A stretch of DNA of 64,000 nt from contig DASYXY010000030.1 in assembly GCA_035934385.1 (NCBI GenBank), positions 374 to 64,373 of the forward strand, written 5' to 3'. The notes under the pieces are model-generated. The model searched no databases, was not told the DNA's origin, and was given only the letters and a program-made list of their open reading frames with translations. Shown here piece after piece: positions 36,256-45,551 of the stretch; position 1 is the stretch's first letter; every line of letters begins with the position of its first letter. The translations under genes and the position numbers were made by a program. Source of the DNA: Candidatus Dormiibacterota bacterium. Lineage in GTDB: Bacteria; Chloroflexota; Dormibacteria; Dormibacterales; Dormibacteraceae.

Positions 36256-38532
36256 ATGCCTCGCACCACTGCACGCAGCTCACGTTCCTCCTCGCACGGC
36301 GCGCGGCGCTCATCCTCCGCGCGAAGTCGCTCGACGCGTTCGCAACGCCGGGTGCAGGCACGGCTTACGCAACGACAGGTGCGCGAGATCGGCGGCGTGC
36401 TGCTGCTCCTCGTCGGCCTGCTTGGAGTGCTGGCGGCCGCGAGCAGCCAGGGTTCGATCCTGACCGGCATTCGCGAATGGCTCCTGGGTAGCTTCGGGCG
36501 CGCGTGGTTCGTTCCCGTCGCCGTCGCCATCGGCACCGGCGCGTACCTGCTGTGGCCAAAGGCCCCGAGGCCACGGCCGCTCGACGTGGTCAGCGGCCTG
36601 GTCGCCGTGTTTTCGCTCGTCGGGCTGTTCGGCATGGCGGGAGCGCACGGCGGCGGACTTGGTGCGGGTATCGACCAGGCGCTCATCGAGGTTGTGGGCA
36701 CTTGGGGAGCGTGGGCGCTGCTGGTCGCGGGCCTCGTCATCGGGCTCATCGTCACGATCCACTTCAGTCCCGGCGCCGTCATCCAATCGCTGCTCGACGC
36801 CGCAAAGGCCGCCCTCGCCGAGCGCGACCGCCTCGACCGCCTGGTCCACCTGCCAGAGCAGCCGAAGGCGTCACCGATGAAAGCGGTGAACGGCGCATCG
36901 CTCGCGGTAGGGCCCGCGTATCCGCCTGTTCCGTCGGCGCCGCATCCGTGGGAGCTGGAGAGCGACCCCGAGCCCCAGCCCAGGAGGGAGCCGGCGCGAG
37001 AGGAGCGGATGGAAAAGAAAGAGCCCGACGAGGCCGAGCCGAAGCCCGCGCTGCGCGTCGTTGCGGAGCCTGAGGATGACCTGCCCCAGATCGAATGGAA
37101 GCTGCCGCCGATCGCGCTGCTAGACACCGTCACTGCGCGCCGCGAGCGAATGAAGGACGAGATCAAGCGCAACGCGGTGGTGATCGAGCAGACGCTTGAA
37201 ACCTTCGGCGTGCCTGCGAAGGTCGTCGGAGTCAACCCTGGTCCTGCGGTCACGCAGTACGAGGTGCAGCCAGGCGCTGGCGTGCAGGTGAAGAGGATCA
37301 CCGCGCTTCAGAACGACCTGTCGCTGGCGCTGGCCGCCGCGCCACTGCGCATCGAAGCCCCGATTCCGGGCAAGTCTGCGGTGGGCATCGAGGTGCCGAA
37401 CAAGGCGGCGAGCCTGGTGACCATCCGCGAGGTCCTCGAGACCGCGGCGTTCCGCGAAGGCACGCACTCGCTCGCACTCGCGATGGGCAACGACGTGTCC
37501 GGCGCGTCGATCGTGGGCGACCTCACACGCATGCCGCACCTGCTCATCGCCGGCGCGACGGGGCAGGGCAAGAGCGTGTGCATCAACGCCCTCATCACAA
37601 GCCTTCTGTTTCAGACGACGCCCGATCACATGCGGCTACTGCTCATCGACCCGAAGCGCGTCGAGATGACGAGCTTCCACGGCCTGCCTCACCTCGCGCT
37701 GCCCGTGCTCGTCGAGTCCCATCAGGCCGCGGCGGCCCTCCGCTGGGCGGTGGCCGAGATGGACCGGCGCTACAAGCTGTTTTCCGCCGAGGGCGTCCGC
37801 AACATCGCCGCTTACAACGAGAAGGCGACGCTGCGGTCCGCGCGTCGGCTGCCGTACGTCGTGGTCGTCATCGACGAGCTCGCGGACCTGATGATGGTCG
37901 CAGCTGGCGAAATCGAAGAGCTCATATGCCGCATCGCGCAGCTGGCGCGGGCTGTGGGCATCCACCTCATCATCGCCACGCAGCGCCCGTCGACGGACAT
38001 CATCACCGGCCTAATCAAGGCCAACATCCCGTCCCGCATCGCGTTCGCGGTCGGGTCCCAGGTCGACAGCCGCGTCATCCTCGACGCGGGAGGGGCCGAG
38101 AAGTTGCTTGGACGCGGCGACATGTTGTACCAGCCGGTCGATGCCGGCAAGCCGACGCGCATCCAGGGCGCATTCGTCAGCGACGCCGAGGTCGAGTCGG
38201 TCGTGAGCTTCTGGAAGTCGCAAGGTGCACCGCGCTACATGGAGGAGATCCTCGAGGAAGGCGCCGGCTCGGAGTGGGAGGGAAGCGAGAGATCCGAACG
38301 CAAGCTGGACCCGTTGTTTGCGCGTGCAGCGCGCGCAGTTGCAGCTGAAGGCGCGGCGTCGGTGTCTTTGGTCCAACGGAAGTTCAACGTCGGCTACTCG
38401 CGCGCGGGCCGCATAGTCGACCAACTCGCTGAGCATCGCGTGATCGGCGGATACCAGGGCTCGAAATCGCGCGAGGTGAATATGAATCTGCCCGATGTCG
38501 ATGAGCTGCTGGAGCGACTCGGCCTCGAATAA
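36256..38532 (+). CDS. ftsK: DNA translocase FtsK/SpoIIIE
   Basis: N-terminal TM block, Pro/Glu linker, motor domain (GATGQGKSV Walker A, VVVIDELADL), C-terminal gamma winged helix. Confidence 0.9.
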   Translation: MPRTTARSSRSSSHGARRSSSARSRSTRSQRRVQARLTQRQVREIGGVLLLLVGLLGVLAAASSQGSILTGIREWLLGSFGRAWFVPVAVAIGTGAYLLWPKAPRPRPLDVVSGLVAVFSLVGLFGMAGAHGGGLGAGIDQALIEVVGTWGAWALLVAGLVIGLIVTIHFSPGAVIQSLLDAAKAALAERDRLDRLVHLPEQPKASPMKAVNGASLAVGPAYPPVPSAPHPWELESDPEPQPRREPAREERMEKKEPDEAEPKPALRVVAEPEDDLPQIEWKLPPIALLDTVTARRERMKDEIKRNAVVIEQTLETFGVPAKVVGVNPGPAVTQYEVQPGAGVQVKRITALQNDLSLALAAAPLRIEAPIPGKSAVGIEVPNKAASLVTIREVLETAAFREGTHSLALAMGNDVSGASIVGDLTRMPHLLIAGATGQGKSVCINALITSLLFQTTPDHMRLLLIDPKRVEMTSFHGLPHLALPVLVESHQAAAALRWAVAEMDRRYKLFSAEGVRNIAAYNEKATLRSARRLPYVVVVIDELADLMMVAAGEIEELICRIAQLARAVGIHLIIATQRPSTDIITGLIKANIPSRIAFAVGSQVDSRVILDAGGAEKLLGRGDMLYQPVDAGKPTRIQGAFVSDAEVESVVSFWKSQGAPRYMEEILEEGAGSEWEGSERSERKLDPLFARAARAVAAEGAASVSLVQRKFNVGYSRAGRIVDQLAEHRVIGGYQGSKSREVNMNLPDVDELLERLGLE

Positions 38533-38550
38533 GCGATTACGCTCAGTTCG

Positions 38551-39612
38551 GTGAACCTGCCGAACGCGCTGACCGTCAGCAGGTTGGTCGCGATCCCGCC
38601 GCTGATGTACCTCCTGCTCGCGCGGTTTGATTATCACGACCAGGTCGCGGCTGCGGTCTTCGTGGTGTTCTCACTCACTGACACCATGGACGGCCAGATC
38701 GCGCGCCGGCGGGGCACCGTGAGCGACCTGGGGAAGTTCCTCGACCCGTTGGCGGACAAACTCTTTGTCCTCTCGGTGCTGATCGTCCTCGTCCAGGAAC
38801 GCCTGATCGCAGCGTGGGTGGTGGTCGTGATCTTCTCGCGAGAGCTGCTGATCACGCTGCTGCGCACCGCCGCCGCCGGTCGAGGCACTGTGATCGCGGC
38901 CGCGCCGCTGGGCAAGACGAAGACGGTGACGCAGGTCGCCGCGGTGACGCTGCTAATCCTGCAGCGGCCTTATCCGTGGCTCGCACTGCCGGCGACGCTT
39001 GCGGTCGCGTTCGCGGTGCTGTTCACGATCTCGAGCGGTCTCGACTACATGTGGCGGTGGCGTCATGTGCTGGTGGCCGGCGACCCGCCGCCCGCCGGTT
39101 CTTCGGTTGAGCCGGCGGCACGCGAGCTGGGTGGAGTGCTCGAGGAGACTGGCCTCACGCTGGCGCTGGCGGAGTCCTGCACCGGCGGGCTGCTGGCAGC
39201 CCTCATCACCGATGTTCCAGGCAGCTCCGGCTATTTCCTTGGTGGCGTGGTGGCTTATTCGAACTCCGCCAAGGAGAAGCTGCTGGGGGTCGCCGGCAAG
39301 CTCCTCGACGAGCACGGAGCCGTTAGCGCCGAGGTCGCCGAAGCGATGGCAAGTGGCGCGCGGGCCCGCTTCGGGACGGCGCTGGCCGCGGGCGTCACGG
39401 GCATCGCAGGCCCCGACGCGGACGGCACCGACAAGCCTGTGGGCCTGACCTACGTCGCGGTGGCCTCGCCTTCGCGAACGTCCAGCCGCGAGTTCACGTT
39501 TCACGGCGATCGGTGGGCCAACCGGCGCCAGGCGGCCCTGGAGGCGCTCGGAATGCTTGTCGAGGCGGCACGCTCGGTCGCCGCGACGCAAGGCGCGGTA
39601 AAGACTGCTTGA
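38551..39612 (+). CDS. pgsA: fusion protein: CDP-diacylglycerol--glycerol-3-phosphate 3-phosphatidyltransferase (PgsA) + CinA C-terminal (PncC-type NMN amidohydrolase) domain
   Basis: Residues ~1-185 carry the CDP-alcohol phosphatidyltransferase motif DTMDGQIARRRGTVSDLGKFLDPLADK and TM spans. Residues ~195-353 read LALAESCTGGLLAALITDVPGSS...VAYSNSAKEKLLGV...GVTGIAGP, the CinA_C/PncC signature. Single uninterrupted ORF. Confidence 0.8.
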   Translation: MNLPNALTVSRLVAIPPLMYLLLARFDYHDQVAAAVFVVFSLTDTMDGQIARRRGTVSDLGKFLDPLADKLFVLSVLIVLVQERLIAAWVVVVIFSRELLITLLRTAAAGRGTVIAAAPLGKTKTVTQVAAVTLLILQRPYPWLALPATLAVAFAVLFTISSGLDYMWRWRHVLVAGDPPPAGSSVEPAARELGGVLEETGLTLALAESCTGGLLAALITDVPGSSGYFLGGVVAYSNSAKEKLLGVAGKLLDEHGAVSAEVAEAMASGARARFGTALAAGVTGIAGPDADGTDKPVGLTYVAVASPSRTSSREFTFHGDRWANRRQAALEALGMLVEAARSVAATQGAVKTA

Positions 39613-39637
39613 CCTCCGAACACCTGTTCGATACTAT
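39609..39637 (+). promoter_or_regulatory. recA promoter with embedded LexA box
   Basis: TTGACC - 17 nt - TACTAT. The spacer contains a perfect CGAACACCTGTTCG (39617-39630). AGGAGG lies 8 nt before TTG 39726. Confidence 0.75.
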
Positions 39638-39725
39638 GTGCGGACGGCCGGGTCCTGTAAAGAAGAGATTGCGTTCCGCCCTTCGACATAGAACACTCGC
39701 CGCAACGACGTAGGAGGCATCTGGA

Positions 39726-40769
39726 TTGGAAAAGGAAAAGGCACTCGACACCGCGCTCGCGCAGATCACGAAGAGCTACGGCAAGGGCGCGATCATGAAG
39801 CTCGGCGAACAGGCGGCGCAGCGGGAGATCACGGTCATCCCGACCGGCGCCCTGCTGCTCGACCTGGCGCTGGGAGTGGGGGGCATTCCGCGCGGCCGGG
39901 TCACGGAGCTGTACGGACCCGAGTCGGCCGGCAAGACCACGCTCGCTCTTCACGTCATCGCCGAGGCGCAGAAGCAGGGCGGCGTGGCGGCTTTCATCGA
40001 CGCCGAGCACGCGCTCGACCCCCTCTATGCATCGCGCATCGGAGTGAAGATCGATGACCTGCTCATCAGCCAGCCCGATACAGGGGAGCAGGCGCTCGAG
40101 ATCGTCGAGGTGCTGGTGCGCTCGAATGCCGTCGACGTGATCGTCATCGACTCGGTCGCGGCTCTCGTGCCGAAAGCCGAGATCGAAGGTGAGATGGGCG
40201 ACGCGCACGTCGGGCTCCAGGCGCGGCTCATGTCCCAGGCGCTGCGCAAGCTGACCGCCGCGATCTCGAAATCCAACTGTTCGGTGGTCTTCCTCAACCA
40301 GCTGCGGGAGAAGGTCGGGATCATGTTCGGCAACCCCGAGACGCAGCCGGGAGGTCGAGCGCTGAAGTTCTACTCCTCGGTTCGCCTCGACATCCGCAAG
40401 GTCGAGGTGATCAAGAACGGGCTCGACTCGGTGGGCGCACGGGTCAAGGTGAAGGTGGTCAAGAACAAGGTCGCTCCGCCGTTCCGAGCCGCCGAGTTCG
40501 ACATCCTGTTCAACGAAGGCATCTCGCGCGAGGGCTCGCTCATCGACGCGGCTCTCGAGTACGGGATCTTCGACAAGAGCGGAACGTGGATGTCCTACGG
40601 CGACCAGCGCCTCGGGCAGGGGCGAGAGAACGTCCGCAACTACCTGCGCGAGAACCCGACGCTTGCCGCTGAGATCGAGGCCAAGGTCCGCGAGACCGCG
40701 GCCGGAGGTCCGGCTCCGGCCAAGGTCGTCTCGATGAAGGTTGCATCCGGTGGCGGGGAGGAGTTCTAG
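39726..40769 (+). CDS. recA: recombinase RecA
   Basis: GPESAGKTT Walker [11 protein letters not shown], canonical RecA throughout. Confidence 0.95.
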   Translation: MEKEKALDTALAQITKSYGKGAIMKLGEQAAQREITVIPTGALLLDLALGVGGIPRGRVTELYGPESAGKTTLALHVIAEAQKQGGVAAFIDAEHALDPLYASRIGVKIDDLLISQPDTGEQALEIVEVLVRSNAVDVIVIDSVAALVPKAEIEGEMGDAHVGLQARLMSQALRKLTAAISKSNCSVVFLNQLREKVGIMFGNPETQPGGRALKFYSSVRLDIRKVEVIKNGLDSVGARVKVKVVKNKVAPPFRAAEFDILFNEGISREGSLIDAALEYGIFDKSGTWMSYGDQRLGQGRENVRNYLRENPTLAAEIEAKVRETAAGGPAPAKVVSMKVASGGGEEF

Positions 40770-41259
40770 CCGGAGAGGCCCCCGCCGGCCGTCCGGTTCG
40801 GCAGTCGAGACTGGCCTCAGGCTCCTGGCGCGTCGCGCGCACTCACGAGCTGAGCTGCGCCTGAAGCTGGCGCGCCGGGGGTACCAGGAGGACGAGGTCG
40901 GCTCCGCCATGGCGCGTCTCACCGAGATGGGCTACCTCGACGACGGGGCGTTCGCGCGAGGCCTGGTGCGGCGCAGGAGCGCCACGCGGGGCTCGCTGGC
41001 GGTTTCCGCTGAGCTTGCTGCCAAGGGGATCGATCGGCACCGGGCGGCCGAAGCGCTGGCCGAGCTGGATTCCGACAGCCAGCTGGCTTCGGCCGTCGTG
41101 CTCGCCGAACGCCTGTGCCCGCGAGACGTGGAGATCGGATATCGCGGGATGCTCGCCCAGGTGGGCGTGAAGCTCCTGAGGCGTGGGTTTCCAGCCGGAA
41201 TCGTCAGGGCCGCATGCCGGGCTGTGCTGGCGGAGCGGCACGGCCTCCCCGAAGCGTAG
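40741..41259 (+). CDS. recX: regulatory protein RecX (start uncertain)
   Basis: Three-helix repeats ([19 protein letters not shown]..., [17 protein letters not shown]). It follows recA. Confidence 0.8.
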   Translation: MHPVAGRSSSRRGPRRPSGSAVETGLRLLARRAHSRAELRLKLARRGYQEDEVGSAMARLTEMGYLDDGAFARGLVRRRSATRGSLAVSAELAAKGIDRHRAAEALAELDSDSQLASAVVLAERLCPRDVEIGYRGMLAQVGVKLLRRGFPAGIVRAACRAVLAERHGLPEA

Positions 41260-41609
41260 GCTCCGGCGCGGACCGAGCAGCGCCGCATCTGGGCGGCTCA
41301 GAGCTGCCGATGCCTGTGTTAGGGGCCCCGGCCGGCGTCGCTGCCCCCGCGTCCAAGACGCGGGGACCCCGATCGATGCGCTCCTCCTTGGGCCACCCCT
41401 GCCTTGGCCTCGGCAGCCTGACCGGCGCAAACGCGCCTGCCGCCCCCCGCGGCACCGTCGGCCGCCGCCGGAGCCTAAAATTTGACTCCACGCGAGGCGC
41501 TGGGGCGCCTCCAGTCATAGAGCCAACCCACCTCCTGACACGGTTCCAGACCGGGTCCCTGGAGAGCGGTTCCGCACTTTGACAAGCGAATACATGAGGT
41601 GCATGTCAC

Positions 41610-43139
41610 ATGCCTGCTTACGTCTTCGTACCGGCACTGGTGGCGGCCCTCCTGGTTGGCATCGGCGCCGCCTATCTGTACGTGCAGAGGCGCGCCGGGA
41701 ACGGCGCCAGCGCCGTCGAAGCCAGAGCTCAGCAGGTCCTTGCCGAGTCCGAGACTCAGGCCAAGGAGAAGCTGCTGGAGGCCAAGGAGGACGCGGTCAA
41801 GATCCGCACCGCCGCCGAACAGGAAGCCCGGGAATACCGGGCACAGTCGCAGCAGATCGAAAAGCGCCTGCTCCAGAAAGAGGAGAACCTCGACCGCAAG
41901 GGCGAGGACCTCAACCGTCGCGAGCGCGAGTTCGGCGACAAGGAGAAGGGGTTGGAGGAGCTGAAGGCTCAGCTCGAAGATCACAAGCGCCAGCAGCAGC
42001 TCGAGCTCGAGCGGGTCGCCACGATGACCCGCCAGGAAGCTCAGGGCGTGCTGATGGCCCAGGTCGAGCAGGACCTGCGCAACGAAGTAGCGCGCAAGGT
42101 CCGGGAGTCAGAGCTGGCCGCTCGCGACGACAGCGAGCGCCGTGCGCGAGAGATCGTCACCGAGTCGATCCAGCGGATCGCCGCCGACCAGACCGCCGAG
42201 GTCTCGGTCTCGGTGCTGCCGCTCCCGACCGACGAGCTGAAGGGCCGGATCATCGGCAAAGAAGGCCGCAACATCCGAGCGCTCCAGCAAGCGACTGGCA
42301 TCGACCTGATCGTGGATGACACGCCTGAAGCGGTGATCATCAGCGGCTTCGACCCTGTCCGCCGAGAAGTGGCCAGAGTCGCGCTGAACAAGCTCATCGT
42401 CGACGGCCGCATCCATCCGGCACGTATCGAAGAGATCGTGGCCAAGTCCCGTCAGGAGGTCCTGCAAAGGGTCAAGGAAGAGGGCGAAGCCGCGGTGCTC
42501 GAGGTCGGCCTGCAGGGCCTTCACCCGGAGGTCGTCCGCCATCTTGGAATCCTGCGATTCCGCACCAGCTACGGGCAGCAGGTGCTCAACCATTCCAAAG
42601 AGGTCGCTTACCTCGCAGCCATGATGGCTTCGGAGATAGGCGCCGACGTTCGCATCGCCAAGTTGTCAGGACTGCTGCACGACATCGGCAAGGCCATCGA
42701 CCACGAGGTCGAGGGTTCGCATGCGGTGATCGGCGCAGACCTGCTCCAGAGGCACGGGGTGCCCGCCCCCGTCGTGCATGCGGTGCGAGCCCATCACTAC
42801 GACGAGGAGCCCCAGACACAGGAGGCGCTGCTGCTGATCGCGGCAGACGCCATCTCGGCGGCCCGCCCGGGTGCCCGCCGAGAATCGCTAGAGGCTTACG
42901 TCAAGCGGCTGGAGAAGCTGGAGGAGATCGCGAACTCGTTCCAGGGAGTCCAGCAGTCGTACGCGATCCAGGCGGGCCGCGAGGTCCGAATTCTGGTCAA
43001 ACCGGAACAGATCGACGACGCGGCGGCCCAGCTCATGGCTCGGGACATCGCCAAGCGAATTGAGTCAGAGCTCAGCTTTCCTGGTCAGATCCGGGTCACC
43101 GTGGTCCGGGAGACCAGGGCCGTCGAATACGCGAAGTAA
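41610..43139 (+). CDS. rny: ribonuclease Y
   Basis: N-terminal TM, coiled coil, KH ([15 protein letters not shown]), HD domain ([12 protein letters not shown]). Confidence 0.9.
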   Translation: MPAYVFVPALVAALLVGIGAAYLYVQRRAGNGASAVEARAQQVLAESETQAKEKLLEAKEDAVKIRTAAEQEAREYRAQSQQIEKRLLQKEENLDRKGEDLNRREREFGDKEKGLEELKAQLEDHKRQQQLELERVATMTRQEAQGVLMAQVEQDLRNEVARKVRESELAARDDSERRAREIVTESIQRIAADQTAEVSVSVLPLPTDELKGRIIGKEGRNIRALQQATGIDLIVDDTPEAVIISGFDPVRREVARVALNKLIVDGRIHPARIEEIVAKSRQEVLQRVKEEGEAAVLEVGLQGLHPEVVRHLGILRFRTSYGQQVLNHSKEVAYLAAMMASEIGADVRIAKLSGLLHDIGKAIDHEVEGSHAVIGADLLQRHGVPAPVVHAVRAHHYDEEPQTQEALLLIAADAISAARPGARRESLEAYVKRLEKLEEIANSFQGVQQSYAIQAGREVRILVKPEQIDDAAAQLMARDIAKRIESELSFPGQIRVTVVRETRAVEYAK

Positions 43140-43146
43140 TTCCCAA

Positions 43147-43179
43147 GGGAGCCTCCCACGGAGGCTCCCTTTTCTTTTT
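43147..43179 (+). terminator. strong Rho-independent terminator between rny and ymdB
   Basis: GGGAGCCTCC / cac / GGAGGCTCCC (10-bp perfect stem) followed by TTTTCTTTTT. It ends 17 nt before the ymdB GTG. Confidence 0.8.
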
Positions 43180-43196
43180 CCCCGACAATCTGGTTC

Positions 43197-43988
43197 GTGA
43201 GCTCGGACCAATTCCGGATCCTGTTCGTCGCCGACGTGGTCGGCCACCCCGGCCGGGAGGCCCTCAAGGCCCTCCTGCCCGGGCTGAAGAGAGAGTTCGA
43301 GCCCAACCTCACGGTGGTCAACGGCGAGAACGCCGCCGCCGGTTTTGGGCTGACCGCCAAGCTCGTCCAGGAGATCAGGGCATCCGGCGCCGACGTCATC
43401 ACCACCGGCAACCATGTCTTCGCCCAGAAGGAGTTCGTCACCGAGCTGCCGGAGCTGGAACGCGTCACCCGGCCGGCCAACTATCCGCCAGGCGCTCCGG
43501 GGAAGGGCTGGTGCACGGTCGCGGCTGCCGGCCACGACGTGCTCGTCATGAACCTGATGGGCCGGATCTTCGTCGAGACCATCGACGACCCGTTTCGCGC
43601 CGCTGACGCCATCCTCGCCGAGCACCCCGACCACCGGATCGTGCTGTGTGACATGCACGCCGAGGCCACGTCCGAAAAAACTGCAATGGGGTGGTACCTG
43701 GATGGCAGGGCCAGCGTGGTCGTCGGCACGCACACACACATCCCCACAGCTGATGCCAGGATCCTTCCGGGCGGCACCGCTTACGTCACCGACGTCGGCA
43801 TGGTCGGGCCCCGCGACGGCTGCATCGGCATGGACAAGGACGTGGTTCTCAAGCGCTTCCTGACGGGCGTGCCGAACCGGTTTGTGGTGGCCTCCGGGCC
43901 GGTGACTTTCAACTCGGTACTGGTTACCATTAGTGCCTCCAGCGGTCGGGCCACATCGATCCAGCGAGTCGACAGAGAACACTCTTAG
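43197..43988 (+). CDS. ymdB: YmdB-family metallophosphoesterase (2',3'-cyclic-nucleotide phosphodiesterase-like)
   Basis: ILFVADVVGHPGR...VNGENAAAGFG...TTGNH motifs. Downstream of rny, as in Bacillus. Confidence 0.85.
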   Translation: MSSDQFRILFVADVVGHPGREALKALLPGLKREFEPNLTVVNGENAAAGFGLTAKLVQEIRASGADVITTGNHVFAQKEFVTELPELERVTRPANYPPGAPGKGWCTVAAAGHDVLVMNLMGRIFVETIDDPFRAADAILAEHPDHRIVLCDMHAEATSEKTAMGWYLDGRASVVVGTHTHIPTADARILPGGTAYVTDVGMVGPRDGCIGMDKDVVLKRFLTGVPNRFVVASGPVTFNSVLVTISASSGRATSIQRVDREHS

Positions 43989-44001
43989 AGGGGATCCAGC
44001 A

Positions 44002-44286
44002 ATGTCAGCGGAAGGGCGCGCTCCGGTGGAGGTGCTGAAGGTGTCAGCCACCTCCAAGCCGGTTGCCGTGGCCGGCGCCATCGCTGGGGTGATCCGCAGC
44101 AAGGGCAGGGTCGAGGTCCAGGCCATCGGCGCAGGCGCGATCAACCAGGCGGTCAAGGCGATCGCCATCTCCCGCGGCTACGTCGCTCCTGGCGGCCTCG
44201 ACCTGGTGTGCATCCCCGCCTTCATCGACATCTCGATCGACGGAGAGGAGCGCACCGGAATCCGTCTACTGGTGGAGAGCCGATAA
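44002..44286 (+). CDS. spoVS: SpoVS-family protein
   Basis: ATG 44002 gives MSAEGRAPVEVLKVSATSKPVAVAGAIAGVIR...QAIGAGAINQAVKAIAI. Confidence 0.9.
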   Translation: MSAEGRAPVEVLKVSATSKPVAVAGAIAGVIRSKGRVEVQAIGAGAINQAVKAIAISRGYVAPGGLDLVCIPAFIDISIDGEERTGIRLLVESR

Positions 44287-45551
44287 TCCGAGCGAGGTCG
44301 TTCCACATCTGGACCATCGGGTGCCAGATGAACACCGCGGACTCCGAAAGCATCGCGCGGAAGCTGCTCGCAGCGGGCTACGTCGAGGACTCGCTGGAGC
44401 GCGCCGACATCGCGATCCTCAACACCTGCGTGGTGCGGCAGGCGTCAGAGGAGCGCGTCTATTCCAAGCTCCACGAGCTGAGGCAGTGGAAGACGCCCGA
44501 GCGAACGATCGCAGTCACCGGGTGCATCGTGGGCAAGGAAGGTGAGCATCTGCGGAAGCGATTCCCGCTGATCGACGCCGTTGTTCCCATTGGCGGGTAC
44601 GACGGCTTCATCGCTGGCCTGCAGTCGCGCTATGACTGGTCGCTGGGCGAGTCTCTGCCTTCGGCCGGCCGGACAGGCGTGAGCCACTTTGTCAGGATCA
44701 TCCAGGGCTGCGACCACAACTGCACGTTCTGCATCGTTCCGAAGGTTCGCGGCCGCGAGCGGCACGTACCGATGGCCGCGGTGCTGGCCGAAAGCAGCCA
44801 GGCCATTGTCGACGGCGCACGAGAGATCGTCCTGCTCGGTCAGAACGTCGACGACTACCGTGACCCCGACGGCCGCGGCGGGATGGCGGCGCTCGTGCGT
44901 GAGGTGGAGCGGCTGCCGGGTCTGAAGCGCCTTCGCTTCATGACGTCGCACCCGCAGGATCTCGAGGCTGAGCTGCTGGAGGTCATGGCAGCGAGCAACG
45001 TCGTGTGCCGCGAGTTGCAGTTGCCCGTCCAGTCAGGCGACGACCTGATCCTCCGCCGCATGGCGCGCGGTTACCAGACGCGCCACTACCACGCGATCAT
45101 CGAGCGCGCTCGCGCGTTGATGCCTGACATCGGGCTCGCGACCGACGTGATCGTCGGCTTTCCGGGTGAAACCGAAGCCGCCTTTCAGAACACACGGAGA
45201 TTGCTCGAGGACATCGAGTTCGACGTCGTGCACCTCGCGATGTATTCGCCGCGACCGGGCACGTACGCCGCGACGAAGATGCCCGACGACGTGCCCGATG
45301 CCGAGAAGCTGCGAAGGCTCAACGACCTGCTAGCGCTGCAGCGCGAGATCGCCGCGCGCAAGACCGCACGCTGGGTCGGGCGCGAGGTCGAAGTCCTTGT
45401 CGAAGGACGCGACGAGCTGGGCCGGGCGTACGGACGCATCCGGCAGGGCAAGCGCGCCGTCGTGCTCGGCAACGCCGAACCTGGAACCCTGGTCGACATC
45501 CGCGTGATCCAGGCGACGGCGGGTCAGCTGATGGGTGCTCGAGCGGCGTGA
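44283..45551 (+). CDS. miaB: tRNA-i6A37 methylthiotransferase MiaB (start either ATA/ATC 44283/44286 or ATG 44208)
   Basis: FHIWTIGCQMNTADSE, radical-SAM CDHNCTFC, TRAM domain. ATG 44208 would overlap spoVS by 79 nt. ATA 44283 overlaps the spoVS stop as ATAA and gives a typical-length N-terminus. Confidence 0.9.
   Translation: MIRARSFHIWTIGCQMNTADSESIARKLLAAGYVEDSLERADIAILNTCVVRQASEERVYSKLHELRQWKTPERTIAVTGCIVGKEGEHLRKRFPLIDAVVPIGGYDGFIAGLQSRYDWSLGESLPSAGRTGVSHFVRIIQGCDHNCTFCIVPKVRGRERHVPMAAVLAESSQAIVDGAREIVLLGQNVDDYRDPDGRGGMAALVREVERLPGLKRLRFMTSHPQDLEAELLEVMAASNVVCRELQLPVQSGDDLILRRMARGYQTRHYHAIIERARALMPDIGLATDVIVGFPGETEAAFQNTRRLLEDIEFDVVHLAMYSPRPGTYAATKMPDDVPDAEKLRRLNDLLALQREIAARKTARWVGREVEVLVEGRDELGRAYGRIRQGKRAVVLGNAEPGTLVDIRVIQATAGQLMGARAA

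Noticed and set aside
35880-37301. 473-aa ORF on the minus strand
   Set aside because: It is antisense to ftsK and has Ser/Arg/Pro-rich low complexity. The shorter in-phase Zn-ribbon ORF (35872-36168, different frame) and ftsK explain the region.
39501-40922. 473-aa ORF on the minus strand
   Set aside because: It is a shadow frame antisense to recA.
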